Assembly (NCBI GenBank): GCA_046096285.1
Contig: JBJTKE010000670.1
Location: forward strand, 1 to 33,204
Direction of reading: 5' to 3'
DNA length: 33,204 nucleotides
Source: Chloroflexota bacterium
GTDB taxonomy: Bacteria; Chloroflexota; Chloroflexia; Thermomicrobiales; UBA6265
Part shown: positions 1 to 12,812 of the stretch, in pieces
Numbering within the stretch: position 1 is the stretch's first letter
Layout of the letters: every line of letters begins with the position of its first letter
The notes under the pieces: model-generated
What the model was told of the DNA's origin: nothing
Seen by the model: only the letters and a program-made list of their open reading frames with translations
Database searches by the model: none
Position numbers and translations under genes: made by a program

Positions 1-6
1 CGTCGA

Positions 7-633
7 TTGGGCAGTGCCATCGCCCTGGTCGCGGCGGCGCTCTCCCTGCTCGCCGCGAGGGGAGAATGGTTCCGGCTCGATCCCGTGGTCGCAGGCTGGG
101 TGCAACGCGCCGGCGGCCCGGGGCTGGACCACTTCGCCGCCGCGATTTCGTGGATCGGGCTGTGGCTCCCGTCGGTGGCCTTCATCGCCGCCGTGGCCGG
201 GCTCATCTGGCGCGCAGGCGATCCGGTCGGGGCAGGATTCGTGGTCGCGGCCGCGCTGCTCCGGCCGATCAACGGGCTGCTCAAGGCGGCCGGGGCCGGT
301 CGACGGCCGCCAGCGGACATGGTGCGGGTGCTGGAACTCGCCGATGGTCTCGGGTTCCCCAGCGGCCACTCCTTCAGCGCGATGGCGCTGCTGGTGGTGA
401 TCGCCGGGGTGGCGCCGCGGGTCATGACGGGCTCCCGGTTGCGCGTCTGCCAGGCCCTGTGCCTGCTGGCCGCGCTGCTGATGGGGTGGAGCCGGGTTCG
501 TCTCGGCGCGCACTGGCCGGGGGACGTGCTCGGCGGCTGGCTGTGGGGCGCCGCGGCGGGCCTGATCCTGCTCTCGTTCCTGCCCGCCGCCGATGACTGG
601 CGGCACGCCCGCTTGCCGGCGGCGGGGTCATAG
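7..633 (+). CDS. PAP2-family lipid phosphatase, membrane protein (start uncertain; frame is open to the window edge)
   Basis: ORF 7..633. PAP2 motifs are present: K-x6-RP (LKAAGAGRRP), PSGHS, and SRVRLGAHWPGDVLGG. Several hydrophobic helices. The only in-window start is TTG at 7, so the true start may lie upstream of nt 1. Confidence 0.75.
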   Translation: MGSAIALVAAALSLLAARGEWFRLDPVVAGWVQRAGGPGLDHFAAAISWIGLWLPSVAFIAAVAGLIWRAGDPVGAGFVVAAALLRPINGLLKAAGAGRRPPADMVRVLELADGLGFPSGHSFSAMALLVVIAGVAPRVMTGSRLRVCQALCLLAALLMGWSRVRLGAHWPGDVLGGWLWGAAAGLILLSFLPAADDWRHARLPAAGS

Positions 634-715
634 CCCGTCCGGAGCGTGGGAGCGGCGCGGCGGTGCGCCCCTGATCCCTCGCGATCGTGCCCGCCGTGCC
701 GCGCCGCGCCGCCTG

Positions 716-1192
716 CTACTTGCCGAGCGCCGCCCGCACCTCCCTGATCTGGTTGACGTGCGCCTCGACGTGGTTGCCGCCGCCCTCCACGATCCGCTCC
801 ACGTTCTGCTCGCCGTACTCGGTGTGGATGCCGCTGCGGTTCCACTGCTCCGGTTCGAGGTGGTCCACGATCGCCGCCGAGTGGTTGCGGACCGCGCCGA
901 AGACCGCGAGAGCCGCAGGCACCGGCAGCGTCGCGTAGTGCATCGCCTCGCCGAAGGCCGCGGCGTCGTAGCCTGCCAGTTCCGGGGTCGGCTCCGCGAG
1001 CACCCGCCGCAGCCTGCCGGCGGCGATGATCTCCCCGTCCGCGAGGTGCTGGACGACCTCCCGGATCGACCACTCCCCGGCGATCGGCCGGGCCGACAGG
1101 TCGGCATCCGACAGCCCGGCGACTGCCTCGCGCAGCCACTGCTCGCTCTGCCTGAAGCGGGCGATCTTCTCGTCACGGCTCCGGTCGCTCAT
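716..1192 (-). CDS. DinB-family protein
   Basis: Last 158 aa of ORF 716..1693. ATG at 1192..1190 is preceded by a GGAAAGGGA Shine-Dalgarno. The sequence MSDRSRDEKIARF...WSIREVVQHLADGE...GGNHVEAHVNQIREV has DinB-like conserved His spacing. The ORF part upstream of this ATG is Arg/Gly-rich and looks non-coding. Confidence 0.8.
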   Translation of the reverse strand: MSDRSRDEKIARFRQSEQWLREAVAGLSDADLSARPIAGEWSIREVVQHLADGEIIAAGRLRRVLAEPTPELAGYDAAAFGEAMHYATLPVPAALAVFGAVRNHSAAIVDHLEPEQWNRSGIHTEYGEQNVERIVEGGGNHVEAHVNQIREVRAALGK

Positions 1193-1260
1193 GTGGTGAT
1201 CCCTTTCCTGCGGCGAAATGCCGACGTGGCGTGTGCCGGGCCCTCCCGGCGACATGGTCC

Positions 1261-2286
1261 CTAGAACGTGACGGTCCACCCCTTGCGGCGCGCCTCCCGC
1301 TTCGTCCAGGACACGCCGTGGACCTTCAGCCCTTGCGGATCGTACAGGGTGAGCGCGCCGCCGTCGCGCCCGAGGTCGAGGCCGTCGGCAATCCCGAGTT
1401 GCCGGCTTTGCCCCGGCCCGATGTTCCCCCGCAGCGTCTGCCGCCGGTTGCGCTTGTCGGCCAGTTCCCAGCCGGCCAGGTCGATTGCCCCGGGCGTGAT
1501 GTTGAGCAGGGTGACCGACTCCTCCGCCCCGCGCTCCGGGTTGACCACCGCCGCCATGATCCGCACCGCGAGATCCGGTTCCGCCGGCCCCGGCTCGTAC
1601 CCGGTCCGGGAGCGGGGGCCGGTCTCGACCGGATCGCCGCGGTCGTCGGTGTGCCAGGCCTGCGCCTGGAAGGCGAGGAAGATGCCCGTCCACAGCCCGG
1701 TGGCGGCGTCGCGGAAAAAGACGGCCCCGTCCTGCCAGATGCCGTTGTCGTGGGCATGCCGTCCGGAGTTCCCCTGGTTCATGTGGATGTCGTGGATGCC
1801 GTTGCCCGGTTCGAAGTCGAACACCTCGTCAGGATGGCCCGCTTCCGGCCCCCAGCGGTTGCCGACGATGTACACCTCGACCTTCGGGTCCTCGATCGAA
1901 CGGGTCGCGTGGAAGGCGAGTTCGTCGTTCAGGTCGTTGTTGGGCCCCGGCAGGAACGCGGGAATCCGGCGCATCACCGCCCGGTCGAACAGGTTGCCAC
2001 GCTGGTAGTCAACCGCAGCCCCGCTGTGCCGCCGCGGCAGCGGCGTGAATCCCGGCCGAAGCCGCAGCAACTGCTCGCTGATCGGGTGGAGGAAGTTCTC
2101 GTCCACCACGTACAGCAGATCCGAGTTCCCCGGACCAGGTTCGTTCGATTTGGTGTTGATTGCGGCGCGGAACGGCTCGCCCGCTCCATCGACGAGCATC
2201 TGGAAGTGGGGGGTGTGGTCCTTCCACTCCGGCCGGAAGGCGCGCACCCGCCCGCGCAGCGCGCCGTAGGCATCCCCTCCGCTCAT
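1261..2286 (-). CDS. DUF2278 (YukJ-like) domain protein with C-terminal lamin-tail-domain (LTD)-like beta module
   Basis: ORF 1261..2346. Start set at ATG 2286..2284 (MSGGDAYGAL) behind a GGGGAGG SD. YukJ-family hallmarks: HFQMLVDG, GNGIHDIHMNQGN, IWQDGAVFF. C-terminal ~100 aa (VRIMAAVVNPERGAEESVTLLNITPGAIDLAGWELAD...LTLYDPQGLKVHGVSW) resembles an LTD. No signal peptide. Confidence 0.7.
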   Translation of the reverse strand: MSGGDAYGALRGRVRAFRPEWKDHTPHFQMLVDGAGEPFRAAINTKSNEPGPGNSDLLYVVDENFLHPISEQLLRLRPGFTPLPRRHSGAAVDYQRGNLFDRAVMRRIPAFLPGPNNDLNDELAFHATRSIEDPKVEVYIVGNRWGPEAGHPDEVFDFEPGNGIHDIHMNQGNSGRHAHDNGIWQDGAVFFRDAATGLWTGIFLAFQAQAWHTDDRGDPVETGPRSRTGYEPGPAEPDLAVRIMAAVVNPERGAEESVTLLNITPGAIDLAGWELADKRNRRQTLRGNIGPGQSRQLGIADGLDLGRDGGALTLYDPQGLKVHGVSWTKREARRKGWTVTF

Positions 2287-2419
2287 CCCGCCTCCCCATG
2301 CCGAGCCCTCGCGCGGATGGTAGCCGGTCCGGCCCCGGCGCCGCACGGGTCCGCCACGGGACCGGCCCGCCGCGGGAGGCAGCGGGCCGGGACGCGTCGC
2401 TGGATGTCGGGCGAGGGGC

Positions 2420-6937
<4,518 letters not shown>

Positions 6938-7192
6938 GGGTGTGCTCCTGCCCACCGCCTGGGCGATACCTCCGGCAGGGCGTCCGGGCTCTCCTTCCCG
7001 GGCCATCCCTCGCGAGGACGACGTTCGACGAGACCCGCCGCCACCACGCGGCACTTCGTGGGAGCGCCCGGGCTCCGTTCCAGCCCCGGGCTGCCACGCC
7101 CGGGCGGGTTCGCACGTCGCTGTGCAGGGTGGAGTCTAGGATTCACCGCCCGCGCGGGAAAGTGCGGCAGGCAAGAGCGCGCGGGCATCTGT

Positions 7193-7209
7193 TTGGGCGA
7201 TGCATCCAA
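7193..7209. promoter_or_regulatory. candidate operator half of a paired motif: TTGGGCGATGCATCCAA (TTGGGCG-N6-CCAA)
   Basis: Read directly in the gltB/GS-like divergent intergenic region. Outer TTGG/CCAA dyad with a GATGCATC palindromic core. Same 17-nt architecture as the site at 7362..7378. Confidence 0.3.
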
Positions 7210-7361
7210 GCGGGGTGCGTTGCCGTCTGCGCGGCCCGGAATCCCGCGCCGTCGCCACGGTCGGCGCGCCGGCCGGACGTCCGTGCCGCGGAGCTCTCCG
7301 GGGTCATGGATCGCGGCCGCCTTGCGGTGGACGTGGAAACCCGCTACCCTCCCGGCGTTGC

Positions 7362-7378
7362 TTGGGCGCATCGCCCAA
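7362..7378. promoter_or_regulatory. perfect inverted repeat TTGGGCG-CAT-CGCCCAA just upstream of the GS-like gene RBS (operator or 5'-UTR hairpin)
   Basis: Perfect 7-3-7 palindrome. It ends 7 nt before the GGAG SD (7386..7389) of the GTG start at 7397. It lies downstream of a weak TTGCGG-17-TACCCT promoter-like pair (7322..7350). Confidence 0.35.
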
Positions 7379-7396
7379 AGGGATTGGAGCGGGACG

Positions 7397-8695
7397 GTGA
7401 CCACCCCTTCCGAGATGCTCGACCAGGTCCGGCAGGCCGAGGCGCAACTGGTCGATCTGCAGTTCAGCGACATCGCCGGCGGGCTCCGCGTGATGACGAT
7501 CCCGGTCGGCCTGCTGCCCGGCGTCATGGACCACGGCTACCGCTTCGACGGGGCAGCCGTCACCGGCGGGCTGCGCGAGATCGAACTCGACCTCTTCCTC
7601 GCCCCGGACCCGCGGACCCTCACCCTGCCCGCCCCCCCGGGGGGCGCCCCGCGGGCGCGGCCCACGGGCTCGGTCCCCCGCCGGGAGGGGCACCCCGCCG
7701 CCGGCGACCCCCGTTCGCTGCTGGAGCGGGCGGTCGCCGCCGCCCGCGAGGCCGGATACGCCTACCGGGTCGCGGTCGAACTCGAGTTCTACCTCTTCGC
7801 CGGCGACGCCGCGCTCGACGACGCCGGCTACTTCGGCGTCGGCAACCAACCGGCAAGCGCGACCCGCGACGAGATCGTCAGCGCCCTCCAGAGCATGGGG
7901 ATCGCCGTTGGCGGCGCCCATCACGAGACCGGTCCCGGCCAGGAGGAACTCGACCTGCTCACGGTCGACGCCCTCCGCATGGCCGACCAGATCCTCACGG
8001 TCCGCCAGGTCATCCGCGCGGTCGCCGCCCGCAATGGGCTCCGGGCCAGTTTCATGCCCAAACCGCGGACCGACGCCCCCGGCTCCGGCATGCACATCTT
8101 CCAGCGTCTGCTGCGGGCCGCCGACGGCTCCGACGCCCTCGGTCACGGCGACGAACTCAACGCGGAAGGCCGGCACGCCATCGCCGGGCTTCTCGAGCAT
8201 GCCGCTCCCATGACCGCCGTCCTCGGCCCGACGGTCAACTCCTTCAAGCGGTTGGCGGCCGGCCATCGCGCTCCGCGGCACGCCACCTGGGCGCGGTTGA
8301 GCCAGGCCTCGCTGGTCCGCGTTCCCAGTTCGGGCCCCTCCACGAGCGACATGATCGAACTCGAACTCCGGTCGCCCGACAACCTCGCCAACCCCTACCT
8401 TGCGCTCGCGCTCTCGCTGGCCGCGATGCTCGACGGCATCGAGCGCGCGGAGGAACCGCCACCGCCGCTCGACGAGAACCTCGTCCGCCATGACGACGGC
8501 GAACTCGCGCGGCTCGGCGTGCGCGAGTTGCCGCGGACCATGGGCATGGCGCTCGACCTGCTGGCCGGCAGCGACTTCTGCCGCAACGCCCTCGGCGATT
8601 ACATCTTCGACCAGTTTCTCCATGTGAAGCGCGCAGAGTGGGAGGACTACCGCCGCCAGGTCAGCCCGTGGGAACACGAGCGGTACGGCGGCTAG
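7397..8695 (+). CDS. glutamine synthetase-family protein (GS-like ligase, 432 aa; non-canonical active-site residues)
   Basis: C-terminal part of the 2567..8695 ORF. GTG at 7397 has a GGAG SD 7 nt upstream. GS motifs: FDGAAV, AVELEFYLF, HHETGPGQEELD, MPKPRTDAPGSGMH, NSFKRL, ELELRSPDNLANPYLA. Confidence 0.85.
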   Translation: MTTPSEMLDQVRQAEAQLVDLQFSDIAGGLRVMTIPVGLLPGVMDHGYRFDGAAVTGGLREIELDLFLAPDPRTLTLPAPPGGAPRARPTGSVPRREGHPAAGDPRSLLERAVAAAREAGYAYRVAVELEFYLFAGDAALDDAGYFGVGNQPASATRDEIVSALQSMGIAVGGAHHETGPGQEELDLLTVDALRMADQILTVRQVIRAVAARNGLRASFMPKPRTDAPGSGMHIFQRLLRAADGSDALGHGDELNAEGRHAIAGLLEHAAPMTAVLGPTVNSFKRLAAGHRAPRHATWARLSQASLVRVPSSGPSTSDMIELELRSPDNLANPYLALALSLAAMLDGIERAEEPPPPLDENLVRHDDGELARLGVRELPRTMGMALDLLAGSDFCRNALGDYIFDQFLHVKRAEWEDYRRQVSPWEHERYGG

Positions 8696-8705
8696 GCGGC
8701 CCGGC

Positions 8706-10370
8706 ATGATCACCGTCGCCGACGTCATCGCGCTGGCCCTCCCCACCGGCACCCGGGTCGTCGCCGGGGAGGCCGGGCTCGGGCGTGAGGTCACCTGGGC
8801 GACCCGCATCCGCCCCGCTCCTCCGGCCTTCGCGCACCTGACCGGCGGCGAACTCGTCCTCCTCCCGGAGTCCGTGCTCGAGCAACTCGACGAACGCCTC
8901 ACGCTCCCGGGCGCGATCCATCAACTCGCGGGATTTGGCGTTGCCGCCCTCGCGCTCACCGGGACCGCCAGCAAGGCCGCCCGGGAAGCCGCCGAGGAGA
9001 CCGGCCTGCCACTGCTTCTCCTGCCCCGGACCGCGGATGTCGGGCCGCTCGAGCGTGAGGCGGCGCGGATCATCACCGAGCGCAGGCGCGAGGTTCAGCG
9101 CAGCGGCCAGGAGGTGCTTCGCCGCCTGATGGAACTCGCCATCGCCGGAGAGCCGCTGGCCGGGCTCGTCCGCGCGCTGAACCAGGTTTCCGGGCGGGCA
9201 GTGGTGCTGGAGGGGCGGGATGGCCGTGTCCTCGCCTACCAGGGCGCCCCCCGGCAGGGCCCCGCGCGCGAGCAACTCGAAGCGTTGCTGGTTCGCGAGC
9301 GGCCCGCGGTGGTGCGCTGGCTGCGCTCGGTCGCCGACGGCAGCCCGGCCGACCCGCCGACCAGCATCTTCGAGTTGGGCGGATCGTGGGCCAGGGTCGT
9401 CGCCCCGGTGATCGGCCGGGATGGCCTGCTCGGCAGCATCTCCCTGCTCACCCCCGCCGGGCGCGCCAGCGCGGAGGACGGCCAGGCCACCGCTCGCGGC
9501 GCGGCCGCCTGCTCGATCGTGCTGGCCCGCGAACAGGCGGCCGCCACCGTTCGCCGGGAGGTGGAGTTGAACGTGCTGGACGAGGTCCTCGATGGCGCGC
9601 TCCGCTCGGAGACGACCCTGCTGCAGCAGGCGCGGCGGCTCGGCCACGATCTCGCCCAACCCCATGTCGCCATCGTGATCCGCCTCGACCCGGCCGCCGG
9701 CGTTCCGGTCCGCGCCCAGGGCAGCGACGAACGCTGGGATGTGCTGGGCGAAACCCTGGCCCGGGTCCACGGCGGCCGCGGTCCCCGGCCGCTGTGGCGG
9801 GTCCGCCACAATAGCGCGGAGATCCTGTGGGCGGCCACCACCCCGGCCGAGGGCGCCCGGGCCGCCGCCGCCATCCGCGACGAACTCGCCTCGCTGGCGG
9901 GCGCCAGCCGCGCCGGGCTGCTCATCTCCGCCGGCGTCGGGACGCCCCGCGCCGACATTCCCGGCATCCGCCGCTCCCACGGGGAGGCGCGAAAGGCCCT
10001 CTCGCTTGGCAGGCGCCTGCACGGCCCCGGCCACCTCACCCGCTTCGACGAACTCGGCGTCTACCGCCTCATCTTCGCCGCCGAGGAGTTGCCGGAACTG
10101 CGCGATCTGTACGCCGAGACGCTCGGCGCACTGCTCGACTATGACCGCGACAACAACGCCGAACTCCTGAAAACCCTCGCCGCGTTCTTCGCGGCCAACG
10201 GCAGCCCGAAGGAGGCGGCGGAGCGCCTCGGCGTCCATCGCAACACCGTCCTCTACCGGCTTGACCGGGTGCGCGACATCACCGGCTACGACCTCGACGA
10301 CGCCAACCTGCGCCTGCGCCTGCAACTCGCCCTGCATATCCACCTCGCCGTCGCGCAGGACGACGCCTGA
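8706..10370 (+). CDS. PucR-family transcriptional regulator
   Basis: ORF 8706..10370, starting 10 nt after the GS-like stop. N-terminal PucR-like sensor region. C-terminal PucR-type HTH: GSPKEAAERLGVHRNTVLYRLDRVRDITGYDLDD. Confidence 0.85.
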   Translation: MITVADVIALALPTGTRVVAGEAGLGREVTWATRIRPAPPAFAHLTGGELVLLPESVLEQLDERLTLPGAIHQLAGFGVAALALTGTASKAAREAAEETGLPLLLLPRTADVGPLEREAARIITERRREVQRSGQEVLRRLMELAIAGEPLAGLVRALNQVSGRAVVLEGRDGRVLAYQGAPRQGPAREQLEALLVRERPAVVRWLRSVADGSPADPPTSIFELGGSWARVVAPVIGRDGLLGSISLLTPAGRASAEDGQATARGAAACSIVLAREQAAATVRREVELNVLDEVLDGALRSETTLLQQARRLGHDLAQPHVAIVIRLDPAAGVPVRAQGSDERWDVLGETLARVHGGRGPRPLWRVRHNSAEILWAATTPAEGARAAAAIRDELASLAGASRAGLLISAGVGTPRADIPGIRRSHGEARKALSLGRRLHGPGHLTRFDELGVYRLIFAAEELPELRDLYAETLGALLDYDRDNNAELLKTLAAFFAANGSPKEAAERLGVHRNTVLYRLDRVRDITGYDLDDANLRLRLQLALHIHLAVAQDDA

Positions 10371-10511
10371 TCCGGCCTGCCCGGGCGGTACGCCGCCGTT
10401 CCCACGGTCAGCCGGTTCGCTTGCGGGTAGAATTGCCCCCCGGAGGACGTCCGGCTCCGGGCGGCGCGCGCGGCGCGCCGAACCTGCGCCGGCAGCGAGA
10501 AGCGAGGCGAC

Positions 10512-11285
10512 ATGGATGGTGGCAACGGCCAGTTGACCATCGCGGTGCTGGTCAAGCAGGTGCCTGACATGAACGCGGTGAAGATCGACCGCGCGAGCGG
10601 CGCCCCGCAGTTCGGCGGCCAGCAGGTGGTGAGTTCCTACGACGAATACGCGGTCGAGCTTGCGCTGCGGCTTGCCGAACGGCACGGGGGCGCCACGGTC
10701 GTGCTGACGGTCGGTCCGGCCTCGGCGCGCGACGCCCTGACCCGGGCCCTCGCCATGGGCGTGGATCGCGCGGTCCATATCGAAACGGCCGATCCCAACG
10801 GCCTTGGCACGCTCGCCGTGGCCAGGTTGCTCGCCGGCGAACTCGGCAAGATCTCGCCGTCGCTGGTGATCGCCGGCCAGACGGCGGACGACTTCGAGTC
10901 CGGCCAGGTCGGGGGCCAGGTGGCCGAACTGCTCGATCTGCCGCTCATCTCCAACATCGTGTCGGTCGATGCGTCCGGCGGCCATCTCACCCTCAGGCGC
11001 GACATGGAGGACGGCTACCAGACCGTCACCGTGGCGATGCCGGCCCTGCTGCTCTCCAGCACCGGCCTCGACGAGCCCCGGCTCCCGTCGCTGAAGGGCA
11101 TCATGGCTGCCAAGAAGAAGCCGGTCGACGTGGTGGCCGCAAGCGTCCCCGGCGAGTCCGACATTCGCTGGACCGCCCCGAAGGCGCCGGAGAAATCCGT
11201 CACCGGCGTGCTCCTCCAGGATGTGCCGGCGGCTGAAGCGGCCCGGCGGCTCACCGAATGGCTCAAGGAACAGAAGGCGATGTGA
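10512..11285 (+). CDS. etfB: electron transfer flavoprotein beta subunit
   Basis: ORF 10512..11285 with a GAGG SD upstream. Typical EtfB N-terminus IAVLVKQVPD and overall length of 257 aa. Confidence 0.9.
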   Translation: MDGGNGQLTIAVLVKQVPDMNAVKIDRASGAPQFGGQQVVSSYDEYAVELALRLAERHGGATVVLTVGPASARDALTRALAMGVDRAVHIETADPNGLGTLAVARLLAGELGKISPSLVIAGQTADDFESGQVGGQVAELLDLPLISNIVSVDASGGHLTLRRDMEDGYQTVTVAMPALLLSSTGLDEPRLPSLKGIMAAKKKPVDVVAASVPGESDIRWTAPKAPEKSVTGVLLQDVPAAEAARRLTEWLKEQKAM

Positions 11286-11353
11286 CGCGCCGCCGTGGCC
11301 TCGGCCGCGGCGGGAACGGCGGGCCTGCCCGCCGGGATGATGAGGTGATGGCG

Positions 11354-12325
11354 ATGACGTCGGGCGTGCTGGTCGCCGCCGAGATTGCGGCGGATGGGTC
11401 CCTGCGGCCCATCTCGTGGGAGATGATTTCCGCCGGCCGCGCCGCCGGTGGCCCGGTGACCGCGGTGGTGTTCGGGCCGGGAGCGGGGGCGCGCGCCGCC
11501 GAACTCGCCGCGGCCGGACCCGACCGCGTGCTCGCGGTCGACGACGCCCGGATCCACACCGCCAACCCCGAGGCCGCCGCCAGCGTGATCTGCGCGGCGC
11601 AGGCAGCGTGCGGGGCGGGCGTGATCCTCATGCCCGGCACGACCGCCGGGCGCGATTACGCCCCCAAGGTCGCGGCCCGTCTCGGCGCGCCGCTCGCCGC
11701 CGATTGCATCGCGTTCGCGGCGGAGGACGGCGGTCTCGCCGCCACCCGCTCGGTGCTCGGCGGCCGCGCGAACTCGGTCGTGACCGTTGCGGGGCCGGTT
11801 CGGGCCGCCACCGTCCGCGCGGGCAGTTTTGCCCGCGCCGCGGCGGGCGCGGGCGCCGCCCAGGTGGAGTCGCTGGCGGTTGACTTCCGCCCCGGCGACT
11901 TCCGCACCAGCGTCGCCGGCACCGAGGCCAAGAGCGGCGGGGCCACCGCGCTCGATGGCGCGGACGTCGTGGTCGCAGGCGGGCGGGGCCTCAAGGAGGC
12001 CGCCAACTTCCGGCTTGTCGAGGATCTGGCCGCCGCCTTTGGCGGGGCGGTCGGGGCCACCCGCGCCGTCGTCGACGCAGGCTGGCGCCAGCATCACGAG
12101 CAGATCGGCCAGACCGGCCGGTCGGTCACGCCGAAGCTCTACATCGCCGTCGGCGTCAGCGGCGCGGTCCAGCATAACGTCGGCATGCAGGGAAGCGACA
12201 TCGTCGTCGCCATCAACCGCGATCCGGATGCCCCGATCTTCAAGCTTGCCCACTTCGGCATCGTCGGCGACCTGTTCGAGGTCGTGCCCGCGCTGGCCGC
12301 CGAGGTCAGGGCCTCCCGTGCCTGA
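11354..12325 (+). CDS. etfA: electron transfer flavoprotein alpha subunit
   Basis: ORF 11258..12325. Preferred start is ATG 11354 (MTSGVLVAAE), 7 nt after GAGGTGAT; ATG 11348 is also possible. C-terminal FAD-binding region PKLYIAVGVSGAVQHNVGMQGSDIVVAINRDPDAPIF. Confidence 0.9.
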   Translation: MTSGVLVAAEIAADGSLRPISWEMISAGRAAGGPVTAVVFGPGAGARAAELAAAGPDRVLAVDDARIHTANPEAAASVICAAQAACGAGVILMPGTTAGRDYAPKVAARLGAPLAADCIAFAAEDGGLAATRSVLGGRANSVVTVAGPVRAATVRAGSFARAAAGAGAAQVESLAVDFRPGDFRTSVAGTEAKSGGATALDGADVVVAGGRGLKEAANFRLVEDLAAAFGGAVGATRAVVDAGWRQHHEQIGQTGRSVTPKLYIAVGVSGAVQHNVGMQGSDIVVAINRDPDAPIFKLAHFGIVGDLFEVVPALAAEVRASRA

Positions 12326-12803
12326 CGCCGGGCCGGGCGGCGCCGACCCCGCCGCGACGCGTTCCGGTCCGCTCCCGTGGCCGAACCTGCCCCCGCCCGG
12401 TTGGGCCCGCGCCCGGGTCCTCGCGGCGCGGGCGCTCACCCGGCGCTGCCCCTACTGCGGCGGCGGCCGGATCTTCGGGCACTTCTTCAGGCTGAAGAAG
12501 ATCTGCCCCACCTGTGAGGTGGAGTTCGAGCGGGAGGACGGCTACTTCATCGGGGGATACGCCATCAACCTCGTCTTCTCGGAGACGCTTGCGCTGGTGC
12601 TCGCGGTCTGGCTCCTGTTCGGCACATCGCTGCGCGACGCCCCGCTGCTGACCCAGGAAATCATCGCGGTGGCGCTAGCGGTGTTGCTCCCGCTGTTCTT
12701 CTTCCCGTATTCCCGGTCGGTGTGGATGGCCCTCGACCTCACCCTGCATCCCCCGCAGCCGCAGCCGGAGCGCTACGTCCGCACCTCGACCATGTCGCGG
12801 TAG
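12318..12803 (+). CDS. DUF983-like small membrane protein with N-terminal zinc ribbon
   Basis: C-terminal part of ORF 11787..12803. GTG at 12318 overlaps the etfA stop (GTGCCTGA). Contains CPYCGGG...CPTCEV followed by hydrophobic helices (YAINLVFSETLALVLAVWLLF, IIAVALAVLLPLFFFP). Confidence 0.65.
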   Translation: MPDAGPGGADPAATRSGPLPWPNLPPPGWARARVLAARALTRRCPYCGGGRIFGHFFRLKKICPTCEVEFEREDGYFIGGYAINLVFSETLALVLAVWLLFGTSLRDAPLLTQEIIAVALAVLLPLFFFPYSRSVWMALDLTLHPPQPQPERYVRTSTMSR

Positions 12804-12812
12804 CCGCCCCCC

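Noticed and set aside
6938-7396. Glutamine riboswitch (glnA RNA motif) in the gltB/GS-like leaders
   Set aside because: I could not find the conserved CGUUCACC...GGAAGUAGG...AAGGAACG-type core on either strand.
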